A stretch of DNA of 64,000 nucleotides from Octopus vulgaris (Eukaryota). The stretch is taken from assembly GCA_951406725.2 (NCBI GenBank), contig OX597832.1, forward strand, positions 29,760,001 through 29,824,000, in the 5' to 3' direction. The notes under the pieces are model-generated. The model had not been told where the DNA came from, ran no database searches, and was given only the letters and a program-made list of their open reading frames with translations. Numbering within the stretch: position 1 is the stretch's first letter; every line of letters starts with the position of its first letter. Position numbers and translations under genes: made by a program. Positions 25,196 to 39,143 of this stretch are shown in pieces.

Positions 25196-25602
25196 ATATA
25201 CACTCAACCGTTTAGACTGTTGGAAAAGAAAAGAATCCTAACATCGGGCTACAACAGGTAGCCTTAGGTGCCAAGAACCCTCCTATTGGGTTACAGCAAG
25301 TAACCTTAGATGCCAAGAACCCTCCTAAGTATCCCAGCTGTCCCTAATAACAATGTTTTTGGGGAGCTGTACTAAACTGGGTTTTATGCCTATTTCCTCT
25401 ATCCATCTGTTCAGATCTTTAGGGATAGTTCCCCAATGCACCTATAACTACTGGGATACATTTTATCCGCACTTTCCATAGTTTCTGTAATCCAGTGGCT
25501 AGGTCCCGCTACTTTGCTACTTTTTTCTATATTTCTCAAATTAATTTTTTCATCATTTGCGACTGTAAAGTCAATTTATCCGGCACTTTCTATTGTCTTT
25601 AT
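25196..25602 (-). mobile_element. R4/Dong-like RLE C-terminal fragment plus 3' UTR
   Basis: Minus strand KYRDLA...LWKV...IPVVIGALGTIPKDL; bounded by (TTA)n and (CTA)n. Confidence 0.8.
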
Positions 25603-25653
<51 letters not shown>

Positions 25654-25666
25654 TTACTACTACTAC

Positions 25667-26008
25667 AAAAATTAAAGGTGAAAGTAAGTCCATTAGCGTG
25701 GTATATTTGGAGATTCGTATTCCACATTGACATGCTGTGCTTCAAGAAGTTTGAAATCGCAGGAGAAATTTTGAAGATGTCCAGCGATTTCAAGATCCAT
25801 GAATGCGGTATGCTGTCAAAGGCCTTTTTTATAATCAAGCCATGCGGAACTGAGGTTTCTGCATTTGTTATGACAGTTCTCAAGGATCATGCGATTGATT
25901 TAAGAGTTGGTCTTTGCATCGATATGAGCCACGTCGGAACCCTTTTTGTTCAGTGCGGAAACATCGTTCGGTTCCATAAATTTGTGAGTTTACTCCACCA
26001 GGATGGAT
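25667..26008 (-). mobile_element. R4/Dong-like RT fragment
   Basis: EQKGFRRGSYRCKDQLL and KKAFDSIPHSWILKSL. Confidence 0.88.
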
Positions 26009-26031
26009 GTTAAAATTTATTATTATTATTA

Positions 26032-26090
<59 letters not shown>

Positions 26091-26091
<1 letters not shown>

Positions 26092-26410
26092 TATGTTTGA
26101 CTTTTGCTTTATGTCTGTACAAGTTGGCTCCAAGTCTCACCCAGAGACCTCAAGAGACAACAGGTTGGAAGTTCACGTTGTTGTTATGCCTAGTGTGCCA
26201 TATATTTGGTTGTTGTTTTTTGGGGGAGGGGGGTGTACGACTGAATGTCTAATAAATAAATTTTTAAAAAAAAGTTTGTTTTAAACCTTGGGATTACATA
26301 GAGAGTATTTTGCGTAGGATATGAGCAGTTCCCATGAGCATTATCTTTTGAATTTCTGCCATTTTGGGGTTTCCTGGTATCTGAGTTAGGTAGCAATCAC
26401 CCCCTTTTGC

Positions 26411-26411
<1 letters not shown>
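26091..26411 (-). mobile_element. R4/Dong-like extreme 3' end
   Basis: IPGNPKMAEIQKIMLMGTAHILRKILSM* then a UTR homologous to 27914-28108. Confidence 0.85.
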
Positions 26412-26485
<74 letters not shown>

Positions 26486-26499
26486 CATCATTGTTATAT

Positions 26500-26893
26500 T
26501 TTTTTACTTCTTCTTTCAAATTTACTTCTATTTCTTGCCGAGTGTCTTTCCGACTCCTAGGGCAAAGAAACTCATAGTATACATTGGTAGGCCATTAAAC
26601 TAAACTCACTAGTTCGTTCATTTCTTTTTTTTTTAAGTTAAATTAAAATACATGGGTAGAAATAGTTCTCACATCGACAATGCTCTTCTCAATACGTGTG
26701 ATGTACCAGTTAAGACAATCTTTTGCACTTCTTGCAGGGATGGTAAGCCAGGGATCATTCTCATATAATTTTCGGTTCCCTTCTTGATCATTCCTAGTGC
26801 TCCTACGATCACTGGTATTGTAACCGCCTTGAGATGCCACATTTTCTCAATTTCAATGAGCAGGTCTTTATATTTTCTGAGCTTGTCAAACTC

Positions 26894-26894
<1 letters not shown>
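26500..26894 (-). mobile_element. R4/Dong-like RLE C-terminus (second subfamily)
   Basis: KLRKYKDLLIEIEKMWHLKAVTIPVIVGALG...LQEVQKIVLTGTSHVLRRALSM*. Confidence 0.9.
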
Positions 26895-27505
<611 letters not shown>

Positions 27506-27847
27506 TTGGTCAACATTTGATAGTTTCAGGCAAATTTCTGCTGCATCAGCTGCTACACATCCGTGTTGCTGGGTGTGTGCAGCATTGTATGTTCTTTTTT
27601 GTTGGTGTTGTTGGGAGTGTGCAAACTCTTGCCGATGTTGTATTGCGCCAGTTTCTTTTCTTTCTTCTTTTCATTTATTTTTTTTGAGGTGTGGTGCAAT
27701 CTTTTGTTGTATTAGTTCTTGTATTGTGCACTGAGTGTGTAATGCGTTGGGTATCCGGCTTGCTGGTGGTACTTTATTTCATTTCATTGGATATTTTTGC
27801 TGGTGGTAGTTTATCTCATTGGATATTTGTTACTATCATCATCATCA

Positions 27848-27913
<66 letters not shown>

Positions 27914-27916
<3 letters not shown>

Positions 27917-28108
27917 GTTTGACTTTTGCTTTGTATTTGTACAAGTTGACTCCAAGTCTCACCCAGAGACTTCAAGAGACAACAAGTTAAAAGTTAATTT
28001 TGGTGTTATGCCTAGAGTGCCATATATTTGGTTTTGCACATAGTATTGTTCTAGAGAATGTTTAAGAAAACGTAAGAAAATTATGAATTTGTTTTAAAAT
28101 TTTTATAT
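27914..28108 (-). mobile_element. R4-like 3' UTR fragment
   Basis: ATGTTTGACTTTTGCTTT...CCAAGTCTCACCCAGAGAC, shared with 26093-26200. Confidence 0.75.
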
Positions 28109-28110
28109 TT

Positions 28111-28148
<38 letters not shown>

Positions 28149-28171
28149 TATCATTATTATTATTATTATTA

Positions 28172-28216
<45 letters not shown>

Positions 28217-28452
28217 GGACGGCATGCTGGCAGAATCGTTAAAGTCTCGGAAAAAGTGCTTTGCAGTATCTGTTCCGACTCTTTACATTCAAGGTTCAGA
28301 TTCTACCGAAGTTAGCTTTGCATTCATTCCTGGGTCGATAACACCAAAGTACCACTCAAGTACCAGAACCGATAGTATCGACTATTTTGCCTCTCTTCAA
28401 ATTTGCTGACATTGCACCTCAATGAGAAACCAATAATTTCAGCAGCAGCAGT

Positions 28453-28518
<66 letters not shown>

Positions 28519-28636
28519 TTTACAATGATATGAAAGCTTTCGATTGCGTTGTCAACGTTAGCCAAGAAAGCAACGTGGCGAGGGTTGCGTGCGAATCCTT
28601 GGCGCCATTAACAGTGGTTATATTCTTCTGCTGAAG

Positions 28637-28869
28637 GGCGGCGAGCTGGCAGAAACGTTAGCGCGCCGGGCGAAATGCTTCGCGGTATTTCGTCTGTCGT
28701 TACGTTCTGAGTTCAAATTCTGCCGAGGTCGACTTTGCCTTTCATCCTTTCGGGGTCGATAAATAAAGTACCAGTTTCGCACTGGGGTCGATATAATCGA
28801 CTTAATCCATTTGTCTGTCCTTGTTTGTCCCTTCTATGTTTAGCCCCTTGTGGGTAGTAAAGAAATATA
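28637..28869 (+). mobile_element. SINE B, full-length monomer
   Basis: Head GGCGGCGAGCTGGCAGAAACG; 16-bp TSD TATATTCTTCTGCTGA (28619-28634 and 28870-28885). Confidence 0.93.
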
Positions 28870-30371
28870 TATATTCTTCTGCTGACGCTATTACCCAATA
28901 AATAGATCTGATGATACTGAAACTGGAGACCTTTTGTTTCCTTTCAAGAGAAATTTCAGTTCAGAGGAATTAATCGTGCCTTCAACACATTTGAGATTTA
29001 TCAATATTTCATGCACCGTATCTTACCTGGCTTAAACCAAGCCGTGGCCAATTTAATCCGGGAAGATTATTGCCAGTAAAATTTGACTGACGGAAACTGT
29101 GTGAAAGTCTGTTAGAGTTACCTGCTCTTAGATGATAGAATTAATCCGTTTCCGGTTTGGCATCACCACCTGATCATTGACTGTCTTTAACAGAGTCCTC
29201 ACAGTTGTGAGTATTGGGTTGGTAGGGGCGTCAGATCTCAATTTGAGAATAAATTCGCCTCTTTATCCCACCAGACTTGAGGCCGTAAAAATGTCCTCTA
29301 CTCTTTCAAGACATCGAAATAAAATATGTATATGTTTTGCATATAACCCGATGGCTTCTGCTACTCTAATAACTCCGCTTCCAAACTCTATTATTTGTTT
29401 CCTTCTGCTACAAAATATAAATAAAGGAAGCTCTTGTATAAATAGTTGAAGTCAGCAGGTGTCACACTGGCAAATGCATTCATAATTACTTTATTTACAC
29501 TAAGTTAACTTGTAATTTCTAACGTTGCCACGCAGATGTTTTCATAGTAATTTGAGTATTTAAAAAAAAAACCTCACAAATCAAAATAATTAACTAATTT
29601 CTATAAAATTTATTTTTAATATTCCCTGAGTCAACAACAACCTCATTGTGTGGTCTTTCAACCTGCTAGAAATAACAGTTATATCGACATTATGTAAAGC
29701 TGACGAATGTGTCCTTTAAAAGCCACGAAATTATGAATGGTCGTAACTGGAATGGTTTTGATCATAGACCAGTTCGGTTAGTATTGATCTGCTGCTAATC
29801 AACAACAATAACTAATACCTGATCAAAAACGAACGACAATCAGAAATATTTCTAATATTTTCCTGTTAGTAGAAGCGAAATTAAAGTTTAATTAATTTTA
29901 TTAAGAAAATGGCCAACATCATTTAAAGTTATGTACTCCATAAAGACGTATGTATTTATTTCATCGTAATCCACCTCACTCCTTAATCTGCCTTAATGCA
30001 CCTTAATCCACTTCACACTGTTATCGTTTTCACCCTATCGTTATTCTTTCTCTTCCCCTCATTTTCAGCCGCGAAACTGTTTTTATGAAACAGAGAAAGA
30101 CAAGCGGGTTTGAGGAGTGCCCTTGACCTCTACAGATCATCCCAGTCTGGTGAGATTCATGCTGTTGATGTTCAGCTTAAATACCACTTTATTGGTGTCT
30201 GTAGGAAAAAAAATCGAAGTGAAAGGTTCTGGAAATGGCTATATTAGGGTAGAAGGACTTAGGAGAAGTATTTACTTTTGGATCTTGAAGATAAAATGCA
30301 AACATACTGATTGCCATCCACTGCTATGAAGATAATATTACATGCCATTCCTCCATAATTTTGCTGAAGGA

Positions 30372-30970
30372 AAAAATTTTCATCGTTCTTGACACAATCA
30401 AGGAGATTTTCTGCAACCGAAACCCGAGCATCTTTTTGATCAGCTGAAAACAGTTTTGGCACAAACTTAGCAGACACGCGTCTCATACCCAAATCTTCAG
30501 TGATAATGGACTGAACTCTACCATAACTAATCTGCACACTATCTGATCATTAACGGATGGTGATTCGACAATTTCTCCTCACAGCTGCACGCACATCTGC
30601 AATGTTTTTCCCAGTTCTCCTGGTCGCGGGTCTCCCAGAACGTTCGTCAATATTGACTTTTTTTCGGCCATCTTGGAAACGTCTGAACCACTCGTACTCT
30701 TGTATGTGACTCATACACTCCTCTCCATAGACTTTCTGCAAATTTGCATCGACTTCTGAGCAGGTATCACCATGACAACTTTCTCTGTCATGGTCAATGC
30801 GACGATCAAACGCTACACACCTTCCTTCCAAGCACTGCTGTAAACACCGGAAATGATCTAGAACGTTAAAACTTAGTGCGCATGCACAACAAAGTTCAAG
30901 GCCACTCTGAGCCAAGTGGCTTTACTCTGCATGCTTTAGCTTTGTTACTATGGCAACAGTCCGGATACTT
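30372..30970 (-). mobile_element. Mariner transposase N-terminal fragment (pseudogene)
   Basis: YEWFRRFQDGR...DERSGRP, ISYGRVQSIITEDLGMRRVSAKFVPKL (WVPHEL-like motif), broken by a stop/frameshift. Confidence 0.9.
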
Positions 30971-31071
30971 ATTTAAAAAGAAAGAAGGCAGGATTTTGAC
31001 GAAATCTATTCATTTAGCGCTTTCGTCCCTTTCATCGATTCATCTTGGATGATTTCTTATAGACAAGCCAT

Positions 31072-31072
31072 T

Positions 31073-31123
<51 letters not shown>

Positions 31124-31480
31124 GGCAGTTTGTCTGTGTGTGTTTCTGTGTGTCTGTTTGCTTGTACCCTCACCCTGACCACGGCTTTTAACCGATTCTG
31201 ATGAAACTTGACACACACATAGCCCAATGTCATAATTCAAAACTAACGCAGCGAAAATTTTAAAAAGTTCCCCCAGTTCTGAAAAAAAATCGATAAATTC
31301 GACATGGGGTCGAGAATCAGAAACACGAACCACAAACTGTCTAGGGGACGCAACTCCACCTTTTTTAAATCACACAAAAAAATTTACCATCATTTTTTCC
31401 TATTTTTTGGCTATAACTCTCTAAAAATGCTTTATAGTTATTTCCCTTACAAACCTGAGCAACGCCGGGCGATACTGCTA

Positions 31481-31481
<1 letters not shown>
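31072..31481 (+). mobile_element. Non-autonomous Helitron
   Basis: 5' TC, 3' hairpin region CCTGAGCAACGCCGGG followed by CTAG; same 3' end as 54540-54923. Confidence 0.8.
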
Positions 31482-31560
<79 letters not shown>

Positions 31561-32129
31561 GCATATATATATATATATATAATTTATACATACATACATA
31601 GAGAGAAAGATAAACGGAAGAGAGGGAGAGCAGGAGAGAGAGAGAGAAGAGTGAGAAAGTCTGTGCACGTAGGAGAGAGACTAAAAAATGACTGAAGGAG
31701 AAAGAAAAACAGTTTGATGCGACAAACAACACTTGCCTGCCTCTCACTGACCCTCCTATTCCATTCCTACCCCTTTACAACTTTCACTCCTTCTACTTCT
31801 CTTTCCTTGACTCTTCTTGTTTTACCCCAGGTGGGCCTCGAACTCGGTATATTTTAGCTCTTGCATTATTTGGGTTAGATCTGGGTTTCTTAAAGAAATT
31901 TGGTAAAAATTCGTTGAGAATTGCTAAAGAGAAAGAGGCATTGACACTTACACACACATATATATGTGTATGTGTGTGTGTGAGTATTTATACATATGTA
32001 TATATGTATGTATGTATATCACGTGATCGCCCAGACTATCGTATGTTGCTATACATCACTGGTCACAATGCACTTTGCACCGTTTTAGCATCCAAATGAC
32101 GCTACCCTGCTGACTAGGCGAGCAAGCCA

Positions 32130-32181
32130 GTATACATACATACATACATGTGTGTGTGTGTGTATAAATATGTATATATGC

Positions 32182-32218
<37 letters not shown>

Positions 32219-32222
32219 CATG

Positions 32223-32298
<76 letters not shown>

Positions 32299-32341
32299 CA
32301 TGTATATATATATATACATATATATATACATATATATATAT

Positions 32342-32396
<55 letters not shown>

Positions 32397-32438
32397 CATA
32401 CATACATGCATACATACATACATACATACATACATACA

Positions 32439-32469
<31 letters not shown>

Positions 32470-32520
32470 GCACACACATATATGTGTGCGCGTATGTATA
32501 TGTGTGCACATATATGTATG
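32130..32520. repeat. (TA)n/(TACA)n microsatellite
   Basis: Read directly. Confidence 0.97.
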
Positions 32521-32749
32521 CCTGTATATGAATATGTATATCTGTGACAGTAGGAATGATAATGAAGAATTACAGAGTATCGAGTTCTTACCAAAACACG
32601 TCGCTAAAGAATATGGTTTTGATGATGCATAAAAAACCTTTCTCGACACACAGTCGTTAGATCGTGTTACAAAAGTGCATCTCTTGGTGTCTTTGTCTCA
32701 TCCTTTTACTGGTATTATATGTGGATTCTGCAGCTATTATATTCGGACA

Positions 32750-32900
32750 ATAATACTGTTCCTCCGTCTTTATCGACGATGTCCAAGGATATCACATGGC
32801 AGAAGAAAACGGGTCATAGTGAGTCCAGGTGTGACCGACCAGTCCGTTGCTTACTCAAAAGACTCTGCCGCATGTCGGGCACTGGTCGTCTGCTGGGACT
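32750..32900 (-). mobile_element. RTE (BovB-like) 3' terminus with degenerate C2H2 finger
   Basis: CPTCGRVF*VSNGLVGHTWTH followed by a CATCGTCGATAAGACGGA tail-like motif. Confidence 0.6.
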
Positions 32901-33116
32901 GAAGCCAAGGACTTGGCTCTGGATTCGGAGAATACAGTTATGGAGTGTGCAGGCATAAAAGCTAGCTTAACCATTTGTGTGGTGGTTGTTGACCCTTGTC
33001 CAGAGCTATGGTAGACTGACCCATTCTGAATAACAATTGTAGGGACTACGGACACGGTTCCTGCCAGATTGTGGGTAGAGTTCAAATCTCTGTGCATGCG
33101 TAGAGAAACCGAGCGG

Positions 33117-33388
33117 AATCCTCCTCCTCCTCCTTCTTCTTCTTCTTCTTCTTCTTCTCTTCTTCTTTTTCTTCTTCTTCTTCCTCTTCTTCTTCTTCTT
33201 CCTCTTCTTTTTCCTTCTTCTTCTTCTTCTTCTTCTTCTTCTTCTTCTTCTTCTTCTTCTTCTTCTTCTTCTTTTCTCCCAATGTCTCTACTCCTTCTCC
33301 TTTTAGCCTACCTCCCCTTCTTTACCTCTTCCTCATCTCATTTTCTTCTTCTTCTTCTTCTTCTTCTTCTTCTTCTTCTTCTTCTTCT
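33117..33388. repeat. (CTT)n tract
   Basis: Read directly. Confidence 0.95.
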
Positions 33389-33389
33389 T

Positions 33390-33533
33390 TGGTCGACTTT
33401 GCCTTTCATCCATTCGGGGTCGATATATTAAATACCAGTTACGTACTGGTGTCGATGTAATCGACTTATTCCCTTTGTCTGTCCTTGTTTGTCCCCTCCT
33501 TGTGTAGCCCCTTGTGGGCAGTAAAGAAATAAG
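33390..33533 (+). mobile_element. SINE B 3' fragment
   Basis: GGTCGACTTTGCCTTTCATCC...GTAAAGAAAT. Confidence 0.85.
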
Positions 33534-33599
33534 AAACTGTTGGACGAGTGTGACATGTTATTAAAATTAAGACATGACACGGAAAAAATATTCAACGGA

Positions 33600-34960
33600 A
33601 AAAGTGCAAAACCAGTGCAAAAAATGTTGGAAGACAAATAAAGTGAATGGCATGTGGTGGGATGCACTTGAAAAAAGATTGTCCGTATAAAAAAAAGCAA
33701 ATTGTTTTCGCTGCGGGTTTACAGGGCAGATAAAATCGCACAGCAAAACCAGAATGATAGGCAAATGGAACAAACAAGAAAAAAGAAATGGTTTATAAGC
33801 AGGAAAAGTTGTGACTACATCAAAGAGAAAATTTGTGAATGTGAGAATTGAAACCACGAGTGTCAGAATGCAATTAGCCACCGGAAGTGACATCACAATC
33901 ATAATTGAGAAAACATGGGAACAAATAGGTGAGCCAAAATTATGTAGTCCAAAACAAAATAGTGTATGGTGTTACGGGAAGAAAATTATATTTCACGGGT
34001 GAACACGTTTGTAATATAATGTTCAAACCTCGAATCAAAATTGTGAATGTTTATGTGTTGAAAAAAAACCCCATGAATTCATTTGGCACCGGATGTACGG
34101 AGAAATTTAATTTATGGGATCACCCAGAAGCGTTTTGTGCAATTAAGTAAACGGAACAGTCAAACGATCGAATGAAGACAACTGAGACAAAATAATGAAA
34201 GAAACTTTCCCAAAAGTTTTTTCGGAAGGTTTAGGCTGTTGCACACAAAAAAAAAAAAACAAAAGCAAGGATTGCTATCAAAGAAAATTCAACACCTATT
34301 TTCAGGCCCAAATGGAACGTGCCGTTTGCAGCGGTAGACCAGGTCAATAAAGAACTAGAAAGGTTGGAAGGCCTGAATATAATTGAAAAAGATTGACCAT
34401 GCAGACTGGACAGTACCGGTGGTCTACGTAAATAAAAAATAATAATAAGCTAAGAGTGTGCCCAGATTTCCCAACTGGACTAAACGACTGCTTACTACTC
34501 ACACACGATTACCCACTACCAAGCCAAGAAGAAGTATTTGCTAAACTAAACGGAGGGGAAATTTTCTCGAAGTTAGACCTATCAGAGGTGTACCTTCAAA
34601 TTCAGATGGAGGAAGATTGCACACATCTACTAACAATCAACACGCACCATGGATTGCACAAGCTCAAACGACTGCCGTTTGGAGTAAGAGTGGCACCCGC
34701 CATATTCAAACAAATAATGGACGCGATGTTAAGTGATTGCGACTTCGCCATTGCATACCTCGATGACATTTTGATAAAGAGCGAGTCTCGAGTGCAACAC
34801 GCCGAACACATGAAAAAAAAGTATTCGAGAGAATGAGTGAATACCGGCTAAAACTGACAGAAGGAAAATGCAAATTTTTTATGGAAAAAAAAATACCTGG
34901 GTCAAGTAATCGATGAAAGTGGACGCAGACCGGACCCGTCATAGGTAGAGGTATTACTAT
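33600..34960 (+). mobile_element. Degraded Ty3/Gypsy gag-pol fragment (Zn knuckle, protease, RT)
   Basis: CFRCG knuckle near 33700; MQLATGSDITII (DTG protease motif); RT YPLP...FSKLDL...RLPFGV...AYLDDILI; multiple frameshifts. Confidence 0.92.
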
Positions 34961-35084
34961 TCCGATACGAAGAGAAAGAACGGTATCCAATGATTAGTAA
35001 CTATTATGACTACTAGTGTAAAACAGCAACTAAAGTACAACGGCAGTCACATATCACACCAGTGGGAGGAATCCACTTTATAAC

Positions 35085-35260
35085 AATATATATATATACG
35101 ACGATCTTCCTTCAGTTTCCGTCTACCAAATCCACTCACAAGGTTTTGGTAGGCCCGAGGCAATAATAGAAGACGATTGCCCAAGGTGCCACGCGATAGG
35201 ACTGAACCCAGAACTATGTGGTTGGAAAGCAGGCTTCTTACCATACAGCCACGCCTGCGC
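35085..35260 (-). mobile_element. SINE A 5' half
   Basis: Reverse complement of the family A head and core. Confidence 0.85.
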
Positions 35261-35437
35261 TTACCTCCCTTGTTAGTCATTAAGATAAGGTACTTCTTGT
35301 GTCTATGAGTTGATTTAACTCTTATTTCTAGCAATATTGGTGTCGACCTGTCACTTTCGTGACATATATATTTCTGCCTTTCGGTTGTAACATTGCGAAA
35401 AAGTCATCCTTATTATTTACACCCCGCCACACAACAC

Positions 35438-35468
<31 letters not shown>

Positions 35469-36737
35469 TGTATGTATGTATGTATGTATGTATGTATGTA
35501 TGTATAATATATATATATATATATATACATATTATAAACAAGAGGGACAAAGATTGATCGCCTCGTGTTTATATATTTAACCTAAGGTGTTCCTGCTGAG
35601 GACAATTTCACCTTGTGAGTATATATATGAATTTACTTGCTAAACTAAAATCAGAAACCAATTGGTCCAGGAAATTAGATGGTAAAATGTTTTTATTTTT
35701 TCGTTTCGTTCCTGTCGAATTTTATCCCCAATTTTGTGGTTATGAAATCTAGCTGTTCTTTCTAGCGTGTTGAATCCCACAAGTGGATTCCTCATGTGTT
35801 TAAACGTACACTGTATTTTATGACTAATATATATAATATATATGTATATATATATATGTATGTACATATGTATGATTGTATGTATATATGTATGTATGTA
35901 TATGTGTATGTATGTATGTATGTATGTATGTATGTATGTATGTATGCATGCATGTATGTATGTATGTATGTATGTATGTATGTATGTATGTATGTATAAC
36001 TGGTCTTATGTTACAAAAACTACAGATGACATTATATCGAAAATTCTTTTGTACTCAAGTGCACTCGGTACATTCAAGGTAAAAAAAACAGCTTGCTTCT
36101 TCGCAAACTTCCATTAGCCAATCGTCTACAAAGAACGGAGTTCCGTTTCAACCATATTCCACCACTCACGTGACGGAGTTTGGTGCTCCGAACTTTTTCA
36201 TTAAACATTATCTTCTCATTGGAGTAGGACACCGTAACCCGATCGTTCATTCATTTGTCTCACTCGTTAAAACAGTTAATATTTTATGCATTCCTTTCTT
36301 TTTTCTTTCCTACAAATATTCTCCCCAGGGACTTCTTTGTTCGTGTTATTTCTACCGCCATAAAATAACAGGCGACTCGTATAAAACCTACACTTCACTG
36401 CCCTGCCCATGTAACATTCATGTCAACGATTTTAGGAAGTTCTAAAACGGCCACTCAAGTTAGATTAATAATAAACAACCACCAATAGACTTAAAATTGC
36501 AGTTTACCATTTTACTCGGAGTGACAACTATTTTGATGAAAGTCCGATCACATATCAGAGAGATTGTGATTAATAACACAAATAATATGGAATAAATAGA
36601 AAATGGATTAAGTTTAAGGCACAAATGGAAGCCTTATCATCGTCTCATTGCATTCCGAGTTGTTTGTTGATTGGCGAACACATCACATACAAAGCTTCAT
36701 TGCAGGACATGGCGACTACTAAACGAGTAACCAGTAA

Positions 36738-36745
36738 TATATATG

Positions 36746-36797
<52 letters not shown>

Positions 36798-36823
36798 TAT
36801 ACATATATATACACACACATATA

Positions 36824-36863
<40 letters not shown>

Positions 36864-36919
36864 TATACATATATATACACACACACATATATATATATAT
36901 GTATATATATATGTATATA

Positions 36920-36972
<53 letters not shown>

Positions 36973-37205
36973 ATATATGTATATACATATATATATATAT
37001 ATGTAGATATGTATATACATACATATATATATATGTATATACATGTATATATATATATGTATATATATATTTATGTATATATATATATGTATATATATAT
37101 GTATATGTATATACATACATATATATATGTATTTATATATGTATGTATATATATATGTATATATATACATATATATATAAACATATATATACGTATATAT
37201 ATACA

Positions 37206-37241
<36 letters not shown>

Positions 37242-37275
37242 TATATATACACACACACATACATACATACAATAT
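36738..37275. repeat. (TA)n-rich compound microsatellite
   Basis: Read directly. Confidence 0.97.
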
Positions 37276-37684
37276 ATACCCACGCACGCGCACACACGCA
37301 CATTGAGAGATAGGGGGGAAGGAGAGAGAGAGAGCGCATGTGTTTATGTATTTGTGCGTCTCTTCTTACTGTAAATTTCATGAGAAAACGAAACAAAAAC
37401 AAAAAAAAGAAAAGAACGATTCTTTCGTCTCTGAGAAATTAATTCTCTTCTTCTCCACACCATCCTGCCCTCATTATAGCCATATAAACAATACACTGAT
37501 TAAAGTATTGCTGTGTTGCACTTTAGCAACCTCTTGTATATTTTTTAACTACGACTTTGTATATTTAAACTTTTAGATTTAATTTCATCAGCTCGGCTCG
37601 CCTAGTTCTTGTCTGTCTTGCCATCTCAAGGTTGTTCTGTTATTTGGGGCTGACACAAGACATAAGCAACGTATATATTATTAA

Positions 37685-38506
37685 CTAGCTTAAAAGCCGC
37701 TCGACAGGGCGGCTTTTATGCTGGTATATATAGCTTTTAAGTAACTGACCCCGAATGGCAAGATCTGCAAACAGATCTCTGACTTGTTTTCGAGAATTTG
37801 TTGCAATTGCTTCCTCCAGAGTCCTATCCAAATGATGATCATATTCATCGCAAAATTATCATGTAAAAAAAAGAATTTAAAAATCGCCGAAAACAAATCA
37901 TAGTAAGGAAAACTTGGGAATCCAAAATATCAGGATTGTGGATCCGGATTCGGCCTGGAATGTTTTTAATTTACTCACAGAGTTAGCCTTTAGATTATAG
38001 AAATTATTATCGTATAAAAAAAATTTGTCGCAAAAAATCATGTAAAAAAAATCGCCGAAAACAAATCACAGTAATGAAAACTTGAGAATCCAAAATTTCA
38101 GGATTGTGGATCCGGATTCGGCCTGGAATGTTTTTGATTTACTCACGGAGTCAGCCTGATTCCAAAATGGTATGATATGTTGAGCTACGGTCTCTAGGAA
38201 TAAAATTAAAAAAGTGTGACACACAGACATTAACATTTATTATATTTTATTTTATTATATCAAGGCGCCGAGCTGGCAGAATCGTAAGGACACCGGGCGA
38301 AATGCTTCAGGTATTTCGTCTGCAGTTAGGTTTTTGAGTTCGAATTCTGTCGAGGTCGACTTTGCTTTTCGGGATTGATAAAATTAATACCGATGTAATC
38401 GACTTAATCCCTTCCCCCGAAATTTGAGGCCTTGTGCTTGCAGTAGAAAGGATTTATTAAAGTTGAAAAAGTGTGTCACACCGAAATACACATTTATTAT
38501 ATTAGA
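37685..38506 (-). mobile_element. Helitron-like element with internal tandem duplication and SINE B insertion
   Basis: CTAG and hairpin AAAAGCCGC...GCGGCTTTT at the left end, TTATATTAGA at the right end; 37860-37990 is duplicated at 38040-38160. Confidence 0.6.
38264..38452 (+). mobile_element. SINE B (internally deleted)
   Basis: GGCGCCGAGCTGGCAGAATCG...GGCCTTGTGCTTGCAGTAGAAAGG. Confidence 0.85.
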
Positions 38507-38550
38507 TATTTTTAAGTTTGGGAAAACTTTATTTCACTTAAAGTGGATTT

Positions 38551-38586
<36 letters not shown>

Positions 38587-39095
38587 TATATGTATTAAAG
38601 AAAACAAGAAATAAAACAGAATGATAGTGTTCAGTATGTTGGCGACAGGAATTTCTGTCAAAGAGACATGGTTAAACAAAGTTGTACATCATCTCCCTCT
38701 TTCTCTCACATGCTCACTCTCTCTCTCACTTTCTCTTTTATTATTACTCCCACTGCTACCACCAATACTTTTAATAAAACATAAATTCTCCCTAAATTCC
38801 TTTCTCTTTCTCTCCCCCCTCTCTCTCCCTCTCTGTCTTCGCCACCACCCTCACTGTCTCTATGCCTACTATTACTCTCACCCCATTATGAGGAATAGTA
38901 GAAGTGTCATTAGTTTTTGCCTTTATTGTATTAGAAGTCATTAGAGCGCCGGGTAGGATTCTTGGCTGTATTTGTACCTTCCTTCTCATTTCAAGTTCCT
39001 GCCGTAGGCAAATTATCCGTTCGAAATCGATAATCTATCGATATCTATCAATCAAGAACAGCGATCAACTTTGTATATTCCGTCCCGCTCTCTCT

Positions 39096-39143
<48 letters not shown>

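Noticed and set aside
28908-28925. CTGATGATACTGAAAC
   Set aside because: Only 4 nt between the core halves and no stems; likely chance
32810-32885. C2H2 zinc-finger gene (this family is expanded in octopus)
   Set aside because: Single finger with an in-frame stop, no TGEKP linker, followed by an RTE-like tail; better explained as a LINE C-terminus
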